A program made the translations under genes and the position numbers. The notes beneath the pieces were generated by a model. The model did not search any database, had not been told where the DNA came from, and was given only the letters and a program-made list of their open reading frames with translations. From Alphaproteobacteria bacterium (GTDB lineage Bacteria > Pseudomonadota > Alphaproteobacteria > SP197): a stretch of DNA of 64,000 nt. This document shows, piece by piece, positions 1 to 9,865 of the stretch (the first letter of the stretch is position 1; the number at the start of each line of letters is the position of its first letter). The stretch is from assembly GCA_964291415.2 (NCBI GenBank), contig OZ219917.1:992001-1056000 (forward strand). Reading direction: 5' to 3'.

Positions 1-1
1 C

Positions 2-388
2 CCCCGGCGCCAGGCGATCGCCTTCTGGCTGGAAAGTGCCGATGGCCGCGTCATGCTGACCAGGCGCGAAGGGCAATCCCTCCTGCGAGACATGCTGGAG
101 GTCCCGTCGACACCCTGGCGCGACGATGCCTGGACTTTTCGGGAGGCGCTGGCTCATGCACCCTGGCCGGGCAACTGGTCGCTCCTTGGCGGGACTGTGG
201 AGCACGCCTTCACTCACCTCACCGTCACCTTCCGCATCGCCGCTCTGCGGGGTGTTGCGGTGTCCGGTGATGACCGCTGGCACGCAAGGGAGGCGCTTTC
301 CGCGCTGGCGCTGCCCGCCATGACCTGGAAGATCATCGATCACGTCGATGCTGCCGCGCGGGCGACGGGAGAGAACGAGCGGCGGTGA
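2..388 (+). CDS. mutY: A/G-specific adenine glycosylase MutY, C-terminal NUDIX-like domain (5'-truncated by the window)
   Basis: Frame open from base 2: PRRQAIAFWL..VMLTRR..LL..MLEVPSTPW..GTVEHAFTHL..LPAMTWKI, typical of the MutY C-terminus. Convergent with rnhB. Confidence 0.85.
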   Translation, partial: PRRQAIAFWLESADGRVMLTRREGQSLLRDMLEVPSTPWRDDAWTFREALAHAPWPGNWSLLGGTVEHAFTHLTVTFRIAALRGVAVSGDDRWHAREALSALALPAMTWKIIDHVDAAARATGENERR

Positions 389-945
389 TGGGGCGTGACC
401 CCGTGGCGTTCGAGTGCTCGGGCGTGCTCGCGCGTTCCGTAACCGGCATTGCGTTGCCAGCCATAGTGCGGAAAGTCGGGCGAGAGACCGGACATGATCC
501 GGTCCCGTGTCACCTTGGCGACGATCGAAGCCGCCGCGATCGAGAGGCACGTGGCGTCGCCCCTGACAACAGCTGTAGCGGGACAGGCAAGCTTCGGGAT
601 CCGGTTGCCGTCGATGAGGGTGTGCGCCGGCGCTACCGGCAGCGCGTCCACGGCCCGCGCCATGGCGAGCATGGTGGCTTCAAGAATGTTGAGCCGGTCG
701 ACCTCCCTGACACTGGCATGGCCGACACCGATCCAGGCCACAGCCAGCAGCCGGGCCATGAGGTCCGTGCGGCGTACGGGCGAGAGTTTCTTCGAATCAT
801 CGAGGCCATCCGGAATCTTTCGCGGATCGAGGATCACCGCGGCCGCGATCACCGGCCCGGCCCACGACCCGCGGCCGGCTTCGTCGACGCCGGCGACGGG
901 CTGCGGCAACCGTCCCTCCCGGACAAGATCAGGAACCGGTCCCAT
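340..945 (-). CDS. rnhB: Ribonuclease HII
   Basis: Motifs GVDEAGRG, DSKKL, LIDGN, SIAAASIVAKVTRD, NAGYGT, HHRRSF. Start at ATG 945 overlapping the upstream stop. Confidence 0.95.
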   Translation of the reverse strand: MGPVPDLVREGRLPQPVAGVDEAGRGSWAGPVIAAAVILDPRKIPDGLDDSKKLSPVRRTDLMARLLAVAWIGVGHASVREVDRLNILEATMLAMARAVDALPVAPAHTLIDGNRIPKLACPATAVVRGDATCLSIAAASIVAKVTRDRIMSGLSPDFPHYGWQRNAGYGTREHARALERHGVTPHHRRSFSPVARAAAST

Positions 946-2248
946 CGGTCCTCCTGTCCTGGAGCGCCGGAGAACGCTTGCGGCGACGGACCGAGGCATG
1001 CGTCCTGCGCACCCACGCGATGCCGCGGTCCGCGCCGACGGCGACAAAGGGATAGAGCCGCGCCACGAGCTCGCGCAGCGTTTCGGCGTTGGAGGCGAGA
1101 GTCTGGATCCTGCGGGCGCTGTTGAGCCACACCGGCGAGATGATGAGGCTGAGCGCGATGACGGCGATGAACAGGCGGTATCCCTCCTGATCGATGGCTC
1201 CCGTCGACAGGCCGAGGGCCACCAGGACGAAGGAGAACTCCCCGATCTGTCCCAGGGCCACACCGCCCAGCCAGGCGCGCGGCCATGGCTCCTTCAGGAG
1301 CCTCAGGATGCCAACGTTCATAGCCGTCTTGCCCAGGGTGACGAGAAGAAGCATGAGGAGGATGGCCTCGAGATTCTCGAGGATGAACGTGAGGTCGATC
1401 AGGAGGCCGATCGACAGGAAGAACACCATGAGCAGAACGCCCTGGAGGGGCAGGGTGACGCGCAGAAGGGTGGCCCGGTCCGTGCTGGCGCCGAGCACCA
1501 GGCCGGCCAGGAAGGCGCCATAGGCCGTCGAAATGCCGAAGAGGCCGCTGATCGCGGCCGCCCCGAAGCACAGGGCCATGACGCCGACGGCGATGAGGTC
1601 CGCCTGCCCGCGGGCCAGGGCCTCGACGGGAAAGTTGATGCCGCGCCTGCGGGCGAGGAACCACAGCAGGACCAGGAGAATCAGGACAGAGCCGATCACC
1701 GGCATGATCGCGTTGAACGTGATGTCCTCTTCCGCACCCATGGCCGACACGAACAGCATCATCGGAATGAACGCCAGGTCCTGGGCGATGAGAATTCCGA
1801 TGGCCCGGCGGCCGGTCTCGCTGTCGACTTCGCCGACATCCTCGAGGAGCTTGATGGTGACGGCCGTCGACGAAAGCGCCACGCCAAATCCCACCAGAAC
1901 ACTCAGCTCCCACGGCCATCCCAGTGGCCAGGAGCAGAGCAGGATGACGGCTGTCGCAATGGCGATCTGCAGGCCGGCGGCGATGAAGGAGAACCTGATG
2001 ACGGACCGGAAATTCGAGATGTCGAGTTCCATGCCGATGCTGAACAGGAGGAGCAGCACGCCGAGTTCGGCAAGGAAATTGATCTGTTCCCGGTCCTCGA
2101 CGAACCCCATCACCGACGGGCCGAGAACGACACCGGCGACGATGTAGCCGACGATGGCCGGTTGGCGGAACCGTCCCAGCAGCAGACCACAGGCGAGTGC
2201 GGCAGTCACGACGATCGTGATGTCGGTCAGCTGGTCACCGTGATCCAT
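929..2248 (-). CDS. CPA2-family cation:proton antiporter (KefB/YbaL-like, no C-terminal KTN domain)
   Basis: Highly hydrophobic. Motifs LAELGVLLLLFSIGME, ALSSTAV, LIAQDLA, LGQIGEFSFV. Confidence 0.9.
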   Translation of the reverse strand: MDHGDQLTDITIVVTAALACGLLLGRFRQPAIVGYIVAGVVLGPSVMGFVEDREQINFLAELGVLLLLFSIGMELDISNFRSVIRFSFIAAGLQIAIATAVILLCSWPLGWPWELSVLVGFGVALSSTAVTIKLLEDVGEVDSETGRRAIGILIAQDLAFIPMMLFVSAMGAEEDITFNAIMPVIGSVLILLVLLWFLARRRGINFPVEALARGQADLIAVGVMALCFGAAAISGLFGISTAYGAFLAGLVLGASTDRATLLRVTLPLQGVLLMVFFLSIGLLIDLTFILENLEAILLMLLLVTLGKTAMNVGILRLLKEPWPRAWLGGVALGQIGEFSFVLVALGLSTGAIDQEGYRLFIAVIALSLIISPVWLNSARRIQTLASNAETLRELVARLYPFVAVGADRGIAWVRRTHASVRRRKRSPALQDRRTDGTGS

Positions 2249-2309
2249 GGGAAAACCTTATCACGGAATGGGCGGGCCATGAGGCAGGGAAGCCACGTTT
2301 CACCCGGTC

Positions 2310-3380
2310 TCACAAGAACGAGGGCTGCCGGGGATCGGCGGGTGGGTGAATGAACTGTGTCGTGTCGAGAGACCACGAACGGCGATCGAGACCATGTCGC
2401 TTGCACGCCATGGAGATCCTGCGTGACACGAGGTCCGCAACCGGACCGGTTCCCGTCATTCGCCGGCCCCATCCGGAATCGTAGTCCCTGCCGCCGCGGC
2501 ATTGTCTGATGAGCGCCATGACCCGTTTCGCCCGGCCCGGCTCGCAGGCAGCCAGCCATTCCTGGAACAGGTCCCTGATCTCGAGCGGCAGACGCAGCAG
2601 GACATGACCGGCGCTTCTTGCACCGGCGGCGGCGGCGTCCCTGATGATGGCCTCGATCTCATGGTCATTCAGTCCCGGAATGACCGGCGCCACCATGACC
2701 CCGGTGGGGATTCCCGCCGCGCTCAGGCTCTCGATGACCCTGAGGCGCACTGAAGGCGTCGGCGCGCGGGGTTCCATGCGTCTCGCAAGGGCGCGATCGA
2801 GCGTCGTGATGGAAATGAAAACACGGACGAGATTCATCTGCGCCATGGGAGCCAGCACGTCGAGATCCCGCTCGATGAGGGCCGACTTGGTGACGATGCC
2901 GCACGGGTGCCGGCATTCGCCGAGAACCTCGAGGATCTGGCGCGTGATGCGGTAACGGCGCTCGATCGGCTGGTAGGGATCGGTGTTGCTGCCAAGGGAG
3001 ATGACCTTCGGCCGGTACGAAGGGCGCGCGAGGTGCCGGCGCAGCAGAAGGGCGGCGTCCGGTTTCATCACGAGCTTCGTCTCGAAATCAAGGCCGGGAG
3101 AAAGACCGAGCCAGGCATGCGATGGCCGCGCATAGCAGTAGATGCACCCATGTTCGCATCCGCGATAGGGATTGATCGAGTGTTCGAAGGGGATATCCGG
3201 CGACGTGTTGCGGGTGATGATGCTGCGGCTCGAATCGACAGCCACTTCGGTCCGCAAGGGGGGAAGGTCCTCCTCGACGGTGCTCCAGCCGTCATCGAAG
3301 GCTTCGCGCTGCAGGACTTCAAAGCGGCCGGTCCGGTTGGTCACGGCTCCACGGCCCTTGTGTTGGCGAATGTCGGACAT
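2310..3380 (-). CDS. Radical SAM protein, PA0069/Rv2578c family (spore photoproduct lyase-like)
   Basis: KGRGA..N..GRFE N-terminus, SINPYRGCEHGCIYCYARP (CxxxCxxC), NTDPYQPIE, MEPRAPTP. Confidence 0.9.
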   Translation of the reverse strand: MSDIRQHKGRGAVTNRTGRFEVLQREAFDDGWSTVEEDLPPLRTEVAVDSSRSIITRNTSPDIPFEHSINPYRGCEHGCIYCYARPSHAWLGLSPGLDFETKLVMKPDAALLLRRHLARPSYRPKVISLGSNTDPYQPIERRYRITRQILEVLGECRHPCGIVTKSALIERDLDVLAPMAQMNLVRVFISITTLDRALARRMEPRAPTPSVRLRVIESLSAAGIPTGVMVAPVIPGLNDHEIEAIIRDAAAAGARSAGHVLLRLPLEIRDLFQEWLAACEPGRAKRVMALIRQCRGGRDYDSGWGRRMTGTGPVADLVSRRISMACKRHGLDRRSWSLDTTQFIHPPADPRQPSFL

Positions 3381-3444
3381 GAAGAGAACAATACCAGAAC
3401 ATGCATGTCTCCGGCAAGAGCCCGAATGCGTTATGATGACGCCG

Positions 3445-4125
3445 ATGAAGAGGCTTTCCGTCATCATTCCCGCTCTCGATGCCGCGGCAGGTCTGGGGAA
3501 CGTCATCGACCGGCTCACCCGCGGTGGCGCTGCTCCGGGCGAGATCATTGTCGTCGATGGAGGGTCGACCGACGGCACAGCCGACGTCGCGCGCTCGAGG
3601 GGTGCGACAGTGATGTCGGCACCGCGCGGCCGCGGCATCCAGATGGCGGCCGGCGCCGCCGCGGCAAGGGGCGACTGGTTGCTGTTTCTTCACGCTGACA
3701 CGGTTCCCGGATCGGCCTGGCGAGAGGCCGTCGCTGATCTGGTGTCCGGTCCCGACGCTGGTCGGCGAGCCGGCGTGTTTCGCCTTCGACTCGACGATCC
3801 GGCGCCATGGGCCCGATGCGTCGAGTGGGGTGCCCGGAGCAGAAGCCGTCTCCTCGGGTTGCCCTATGGAGACCAGGGCCTGCTGATCTCCGTGGACTTC
3901 TACGAGTCACTGGGCGGTTTCAGGCCCATGGCGATCATGGAAGACGTCGACATGGTGCGGCGCATTGGCCGCCGGCGTCTGGTCACCCTGGATTGCGATG
4001 CACGCACCAGCGCCGTCCGCTACCGTCGGACAGGATACGGCATCCGCGTGGTGCGGAACGCCCTCTGCCTGGCCTGTTACTTCTGCGGTGTGCCGCCGTC
4101 GCTGATCGCGAGGATGTACGGATGA
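3445..4125 (+). CDS. GT2 glycosyltransferase, TIGR04283-like (rSAM/selenodomain-associated transferase 2)
   Basis: SVIIPAL, VVDGGSTDGT, GRG.QM.AGA, LLFLHADT, LPYGDQGL, MEDVD, TSA.RY. Confidence 0.9.
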   Translation: MKRLSVIIPALDAAAGLGNVIDRLTRGGAAPGEIIVVDGGSTDGTADVARSRGATVMSAPRGRGIQMAAGAAAARGDWLLFLHADTVPGSAWREAVADLVSGPDAGRRAGVFRLRLDDPAPWARCVEWGARSRSRLLGLPYGDQGLLISVDFYESLGGFRPMAIMEDVDMVRRIGRRRLVTLDCDARTSAVRYRRTGYGIRVVRNALCLACYFCGVPPSLIARMYG

Positions 4126-4737
4126 GGGCAACGCGCAGTGTCGTGGTGATGGCCCGACCGGCAGTCGCCGGCGAGGTCAAGACCCGCCTGGCCGAGGCCT
4201 GTGGCGAGCGCCTCGCCCTTGCGGTCTACAGGCTCCTGCTCCGCCGAACGCTCCGGCGCGTGGCCGGAGGACCATGGTCGACCGTGGTTGCGGTCGCTCC
4301 CTCGGCAGGGAAACGGCGCCGGCACCGTTTTCGCGGACTCGCGACGATGGCTCAGTCCGGCCGTGACCTTGGCGAGAGGATGCACAACGTCTTTGCCGCC
4401 ATGCCGCCGGGACCTGTCGTGATGGTCGGTACGGACATTCCCGGGTTGCGTCGCCAGCACATCACGCCGCGCCTTCAGGGCCCTTGAACGCCACGACGCG
4501 GTCTTCGGGCCGGCGCACGACGGCGGTTACTGGCTTGTCGGGCTAGTGCCGGAACTGCGCGACGCCGGAATCTTCTCGGCAATCCGCTGGTCCACGCGCC
4601 ATGCCCTGGCCGACACGCTGGAGAACATCCCGTCGACTTGTCCTGTGGCCCTGATCGCGACCCTGGGGGACGTTGACACGGCGCAGGATGTCGAACGGTG
4701 GTTCCGCGGACTGCATCCCCGGCAAATCCGTAGTTGA
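4122..4737 (+). CDS. TIGR04282/DUF2064-like transferase 1, split by a +1 frameshift near 4468
   Basis: First frame: VMARPAVAGEVKTRLA..QSGRDLGERM..VGTDIP. Second frame continues AFRALERHDAVFGPAHDGGYWLVG..IRWST..LGDVDT. ATGA overlap with the upstream gene. Confidence 0.85.
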
Positions 4738-4847
4738 GCAACGGCACCCTGTATGCGTAGAGTGACAGTGCCCCTTGGCCAATTGGTACGGGAAGGGGAT
4801 GGTGCATCAAACAACGCTCCGTTTGAGGGCAGACAAGGAGGCTCCAC

Positions 4848-5832
4848 ATGATTCCAGGCAGGATTACAGGCGCCATTGCCGGCGCCACGATGGCCCTTAC
4901 CTTCGCCGCCCCGGCGTTCGCCGATCATGGTGATACGGTAACGGTGGCCTATTTCCTCGAATGGCCGACCGCCAACCAGGTGGCCCAGGTCGAAAAGGAC
5001 CTATGACGAGGCGATGGGCGTCGATGTCGAATGGCGCGCCTTCGGCAACGGCAACGAGATGACCCAGGCCATGGTTTCCGGTGACGTGCAGATCGCCTAC
5101 AGCCAGGGTTTTGTACCGTTCGTGGTCGGTGTCTCCAACGGTGCTCCGCTGAAGCTGGTGGGAATTGCCGTGACCTATGCCGAGAACGATCTGTGCATCA
5201 TTCGCGAGGATGCCGGCATCACCCAGGACAATGCCACCGAACTCGAAGGCATGAAGGTGGCGACACCCATCGGCAATGTCACCCACTACAAGCTGCTGCG
5301 CACCCTTGAACATCTCGGTGTGGACGCATCGAAGGTTGACCTGGTGCAGATGAACCCGGCCGATGCCGCCGTTGCCCTGATTCGTGGCGACGTCGTCATG
5401 GGTTGTGCCTTCGGTGGCGCCATCGACCGCATGAAGGAAGTCGGCTTCCCGCTGATGACCGGAGCCGAACAGGAAGCGGTCGGCATCAACACCTTCGACA
5501 TCGTCACGGTGACCGAGGACTTTGCCAGCGAGCATCCCGACCTGGTGCAGGCCTTCATGGATGTCACCGAGGAGGCCAACAACGCCTACAAGGCTGATCC
5601 GGGCACTGCCCTGGCGACCATCGCCGGTGCCGCGGGCATGGACGAGGATGCCACCGCGTCGATGCTCGCCAACTTCGGTTTCCCGAGCGCCGCCGACCAG
5701 AAGGGAGCCAACTGGCTTGGTGGTGGCGTACAGGCCATGACCAAGGGTGTCGCCGACGTCATGGTCGGGGCGGGCAACATGGAAACGAGTCTCGACGACT
5801 ATTCACCATTCGTCGACGACAGTTTCCTTTGA
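4848..5832 (+). CDS. tauA: Taurine/sulfonate-type ABC substrate-binding protein, +1 frameshift near 4997
   Basis: GGAGG RBS. Signal peptide MIPGRITGAIAGATMALTFAAPAFA, then VTVAYFLEWPTANQVAQVEK | TYDEAMGVDVEWRAF. Precedes tauB/tauC-like genes. Confidence 0.8.
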
Positions 5833-5922
5833 GAAATCCGGGAACCGGGCAGCATGGCGTTGCCTGGTTCCCATCCCGCTACAGGCGGCATGGCCGGTTG
5901 TGGCGGACCTGAGGGGGTCCGG

Positions 5923-6726
5923 ATGGCAGAAACGGCGGAGATTGCGATCGACCGGATCTCCATGGTCTACACCCTGCCCGATTCCGAGGTCGACGCGCTC
6001 AACGACGTGTCTCTTGACATCGCCAAGGGCGAGATCCTGAGCGTTCTCGGACCATCAGGGTGTGGCAAGACAACCCTCCTCAACATCATCGCGGGCTTCC
6101 TTTCCCCCACCAGGGGCGAGGTTCGCATTGCCGGCACGCCGGTGAAGGGGCCAGGCGCCGAGCGTGGCATGGTGTTCCAGCAGGGAGCGCTGTTCGAATG
6201 GCTCTCCGTGGCCCAGAACATCTCCTTCGGACCGAGAATGTGCGGCAGGGACCGCGCGGAGACGGCCGACACCGTAGAGCGCCTGCTGGGTATCGTCGGT
6301 CTCGTGGAGTTTGCCGACAAGCCGGTTTACCAGCTCTCGGGTGGCATGCAGCAGCGTGTGGCGCTGGCCCGCTGCCTTGCCAACGATCCCGACGTCATTC
6401 TCATGGACGAGCCGCTGGGCGCACTCGACGCGCTGACCCGCGAGAAGATGCAGGGCCTGGTGCTCAGACTGTGGAAGGAGACCGGAAAGACCATCCTTCT
6501 CATCACCCACTCGGTGGAGGAGGCCCTCTTTCTCGGCGAGCGCCTGATCGTCATGGCGCCCCGGCCGGGGCGCATCGAGAAGGAGTTTCGCCTGCCGTTC
6601 GCCGACGAGGCGCTCGAGAAGCCGGCGCGGGACGTCAAGGCCGGCGCCGAGTTCGTGTCGGTCCGTGAGGAAGTCCTCTCCATGATCTGGGACATGGAGG
6701 AAGAGATCATGGGCGAGAACGCTTAG
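5923..6726 (+). CDS. tauB: Taurine/nitrate/sulfonate ABC ATP-binding protein
   Basis: GPSGCGKTT, GAERGMVFQ, LSGGMQQR, DEPLGALDALTRE, ITHSVEEA. Confidence 0.85.
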   Translation: MAETAEIAIDRISMVYTLPDSEVDALNDVSLDIAKGEILSVLGPSGCGKTTLLNIIAGFLSPTRGEVRIAGTPVKGPGAERGMVFQQGALFEWLSVAQNISFGPRMCGRDRAETADTVERLLGIVGLVEFADKPVYQLSGGMQQRVALARCLANDPDVILMDEPLGALDALTREKMQGLVLRLWKETGKTILLITHSVEEALFLGERLIVMAPRPGRIEKEFRLPFADEALEKPARDVKAGAEFVSVREEVLSMIWDMEEEIMGENA

Positions 6727-6749
6727 GTCCGTCAGAAGGGAGGGGATTC

Positions 6750-7613
6750 ATGTCACGGCAAAAGCCTTCCGGCCTGGCGATCTGGCTCGGCCTGTCGGAC
6801 AATTCGTTCACCCGCCAGAAGACCGTCAAGTTCGGCGACGCCGCAGCCGTCAACTCGGGCCGGTTCTATTCGATGCTGACCCTGGCGGTTCTCATCGTGG
6901 CGTGGGTGATTGCATCCGTCTTCGACCTCGTCGAGCCCTTCTACTGGCCGTCGATTTCCGGGACCTGGGAACGCCTGATCAAGATCGTTGGCGAGGGATT
7001 CCGCAACACGGCTCTGCTCGACCATGTGGGAATCAGCGTCTACCGGGTGTTGTCCGGGGTGTTCTACGGAGCGCTGGTCGGCATTCCTCTCGGGTTCGCC
7101 ATGGGACTTTCCTCCATCGGCAGGGGCCTCTTCGATCCCGTGGTCGAGTTCATGCGCCCGATCCCGCCCCTGGCGCTGATTCCGCTCATCATCCTGTGGT
7201 TCGGCATCGACGAGTTCGCGAAGATCTTCCTGCTGTTCCTCGCCTCGCTCTTCATTATGACGATCGCCGCACGCTCCGGCGTGTCAAGCGTGCGCATCAC
7301 CAAGGTCCACGCGGCCTACTCGCTGGGCGCCTCGAAGCTGCAGATCCTGCGCCACGTGATCCTCCCCAACGCCCTGCCGGAGATCTTCACCGGGCTGAGA
7401 ACATCCATGGGGGTGTGCTGGGGCACGGTCGTTGCCGCCGAACTGGTGGCCGCCGACAAGGGGCTTGGCTCGATGATCATGATTGCCAAGAACTTCCTGC
7501 AAACCGACACCGTGGTGATCGGCATCATCCTGATCGGCATTATCGGCTACATCATCGAGCTCATCATGCGCCGCCTGGAGCAGTGGCTCATCCCGTGGCG
7601 CGGCAAGGGCTGA
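6750..7613 (+). CDS. tauC: Taurine/sulfonate ABC permease
   Basis: RPIPPLALIPL, EAA-like loop HAAYSLGAS..ILRHVILP, VAAELVAA, C-terminal PWRGKG. Confidence 0.85.
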   Translation: MSRQKPSGLAIWLGLSDNSFTRQKTVKFGDAAAVNSGRFYSMLTLAVLIVAWVIASVFDLVEPFYWPSISGTWERLIKIVGEGFRNTALLDHVGISVYRVLSGVFYGALVGIPLGFAMGLSSIGRGLFDPVVEFMRPIPPLALIPLIILWFGIDEFAKIFLLFLASLFIMTIAARSGVSSVRITKVHAAYSLGASKLQILRHVILPNALPEIFTGLRTSMGVCWGTVVAAELVAADKGLGSMIMIAKNFLQTDTVVIGIILIGIIGYIIELIMRRLEQWLIPWRGKG

Positions 7614-7679
7614 TCACCGGGATCACCCCTGCTGCCGGTGCATTCAGTCGCCGGCGGCACTCCTGGTCCCGAAGGGACC

Positions 7680-9107
7680 TCATGCAGGGCGATCCGGCGT
7701 GATCACCTTTCCGGGATTGAGCGTGTTGGCAGGATCGAGGGCCCGCTTGAGCGTCGCCATGAGGGCAAGTTCGGTGGCATCCTTGTAGGTATCCAGCTGA
7801 CGCATGCGCAGCCGGCCGATCCCGTGTTCGGCGCTGAACGAGCCACCGCAGGCGACGGCGAGCGATTCAACGATGTCGTTGACGTCTTCGGCGCGCGAGA
7901 GGAGTGCGTCGCCGTCATCGGGGTTCGCGGCACAGAGGTTGACATGCATGTTGCCGTCACCGAGATGCCCGTAGGGGACGAGCCGGGCCTCGGGCACCCT
8001 GGCGGCAATCTCATCGCTGACCTGTTCGAGATAGTCGGCAATGGAACCTGCGGGAACGGCGACATCGTGACTGATGCTGCCGCTCATCATCGTCTGGGCC
8101 TGCGGCATGTCCTCGCGTATCTGCCAGAATGCCCGGGCCTGTGCTGTCGACTCCGCGATGATGGCATCGGCCAGCAGCCCCTCGTCGATTCCCCTGGCCA
8201 GTTCGTCCTCGACCACCCTCCGCAAGTCGCCATCCGGCGCGCCCGAAGCGGCTTCCATGAGGACGCAGGCGGGGTACTCGGTCGGGAACGGTGACCGGTT
8301 GACGGGAAGTTGCGAGAAGGTCATCTCAAGGGCGCTTGCCGACATGTACTCGAACCCCGTCACCTGGCCACCGGTGCCGTCCTGGAGGCGCTGAAGCATG
8401 GCCAGGGCCTCGCGGGGACCGGCCAGCCCGAGCCATGCGGTGACTTCGTCGCGCGGCAGCGGCCAGAGCTTCAGGACCGCGGCGGTGATGATGCCGAGGG
8501 TTCCCTCGGTACCGAGGAAGAGCTGCTTGAGGTCGTACCCTGTGTTGTCCTTGCGCAGGCCCTTGAGACCGTTCCAGATGCGCCCGTCGGCGAGCACGAC
8601 TTCGAGACCGAGAACATGGTCCCTGGCATTGCCGTAGCGCAGGACGTTGGTGCCGCCGGCATTGGTCGAAAGCGTGCCGCCCACGCGGCAGCTTCCCTCG
8701 GCGGCAAGGCTGAGCGGGTAGAGCCGGTCAGCGTCGCGCGCCGCCTGCTGGACGTCCTGGAGAATGCAGCCCGCGTCGACCGTGATGGTGTTGTTCTGCG
8801 GATCGATGCCACGCACCCTCGTCATGCGATTGACGCTGAGAATGACCTCCTGGCCGCTGTTGTCGGGGATGCCGCCCCCCACCAGGCCCGTGTTGCCTGC
8901 CTGCGGCACGATTCCGATGCCGGCGTCGGCGCAGGTGCTGACGATTGCCGAGACTTCTTCCACGCTGGCCGGGCGCATGACGATCGGCGCGGCGCCCGAC
9001 CACTTCTTGCGCCAGTCGCGGAGATAGGGCGCGATGTCGTGCGCCTCGGCAAGCCAGCCGGCCGGCCCGGTGATCGCCTTGAGTTGTTCCAGGACGGCGA
9101 GATTCAT
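7680..9107 (-). CDS. FAD-binding oxidoreductase (D-2-hydroxyacid/D-2-hydroxyglutarate dehydrogenase-like)
   Basis: PQAGNTGLVGG, TNAGG..VLRYG, RKDNTGYDLK, GTEGTLGIIT, GHLGDGNMH, SAEHGIG. Confidence 0.9.
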   Translation of the reverse strand: MNLAVLEQLKAITGPAGWLAEAHDIAPYLRDWRKKWSGAAPIVMRPASVEEVSAIVSTCADAGIGIVPQAGNTGLVGGGIPDNSGQEVILSVNRMTRVRGIDPQNNTITVDAGCILQDVQQAARDADRLYPLSLAAEGSCRVGGTLSTNAGGTNVLRYGNARDHVLGLEVVLADGRIWNGLKGLRKDNTGYDLKQLFLGTEGTLGIITAAVLKLWPLPRDEVTAWLGLAGPREALAMLQRLQDGTGGQVTGFEYMSASALEMTFSQLPVNRSPFPTEYPACVLMEAASGAPDGDLRRVVEDELARGIDEGLLADAIIAESTAQARAFWQIREDMPQAQTMMSGSISHDVAVPAGSIADYLEQVSDEIAARVPEARLVPYGHLGDGNMHVNLCAANPDDGDALLSRAEDVNDIVESLAVACGGSFSAEHGIGRLRMRQLDTYKDATELALMATLKRALDPANTLNPGKVITPDRPA

Positions 9108-9865
9108 GACGGCGCGCTGCCCCACGCCACGAAGGGCGGGTTGACGAACCCCGGCTTGCCATAGAGGAACGCGCTTCCATCCGGTTCCGTCACCGCACCT
9201 CCGGCGGCCTCGAGGATGCCGTGGCCGGCCGCGGTATCCCACTCCATGGTGCGGCCGAAGCGCGGGTAGACATCGGCCCTGCCTTCGGCCAGGAGGCAGA
9301 ACTTGAGCGAACTGCCGCCGATGATCTCGTCGGTGACGGGCAGGGATTCCAGAAAGGCCTCGGAGGCCCTGTCCCTGTGCGAGCGACTCATGGCTGCGGT
9401 CATGCCTCCTTCGGGTGGTTGTCTGCTGTGAATGGCGACCATTTCTCCGCCGGTCCGTCGACACCAGGACCGCGTGCCGTCGCTGGCATAGATGAGGTCC
9501 CTTGCGGGAGCGCCGACAACGGCCAGCGTCACCCGGCGTTTCTCGACGAGCGCGATGTTGACGGTGAATTCGCCGTTGCCGCCAAGAAACTCCTTCGTTC
9601 CGTCCAGAGGATCGACGAGCCAGAATTGCGTCCCCGCCTCCCCGGCCGGCGTCCGGCCGGCCATCATCTCCTCGGCGATCACCGGAATGCCCGGCGTGAG
9701 CCGGTTGAGGGCCGCGACGATCAGGGCCTCGGCAGCCTCGTCGGCGTCCGTGACCGGGGATCGGTCCGCCTTCAGCCGCGCGCCGGCGCGGCCATGGTGA
9801 TCCATGATGACGGAGCCGGCTCTCTCTGCGACGGCCACCAGTTCGTCAAGAACGCCCGTCGACAT
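9104..9865 (-). CDS. cysQ: 3'(2'),5'-bisphosphate nucleotidase CysQ
   Basis: SPVTDAD, WLVDPLDGTKEF, SRSH, GSSLKFC, TMEWDTAAG. Confidence 0.92.
   Translation of the reverse strand: MSTGVLDELVAVAERAGSVIMDHHGRAGARLKADRSPVTDADEAAEALIVAALNRLTPGIPVIAEEMMAGRTPAGEAGTQFWLVDPLDGTKEFLGGNGEFTVNIALVEKRRVTLAVVGAPARDLIYASDGTRSWCRRTGGEMVAIHSRQPPEGGMTAAMSRSHRDRASEAFLESLPVTDEIIGGSSLKFCLLAEGRADVYPRFGRTMEWDTAAGHGILEAAGGAVTEPDGSAFLYGKPGFVNPPFVAWGSAPS

Noticed and set aside
494-2353. Long antisense/alternate-frame ORFs (also e.g. 24592-27369, 27732-29711, 43217-44842, 18771-20330)
   Set aside because: Shadow ORFs opposite real genes, expected in high-GC DNA, with no recognisable motifs.
2310-4737. Complete arsenosugar biosynthesis cluster
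   Set aside because: The radical SAM is PA0069-type rather than ArsS, and no arsM or ars genes are present in the window.
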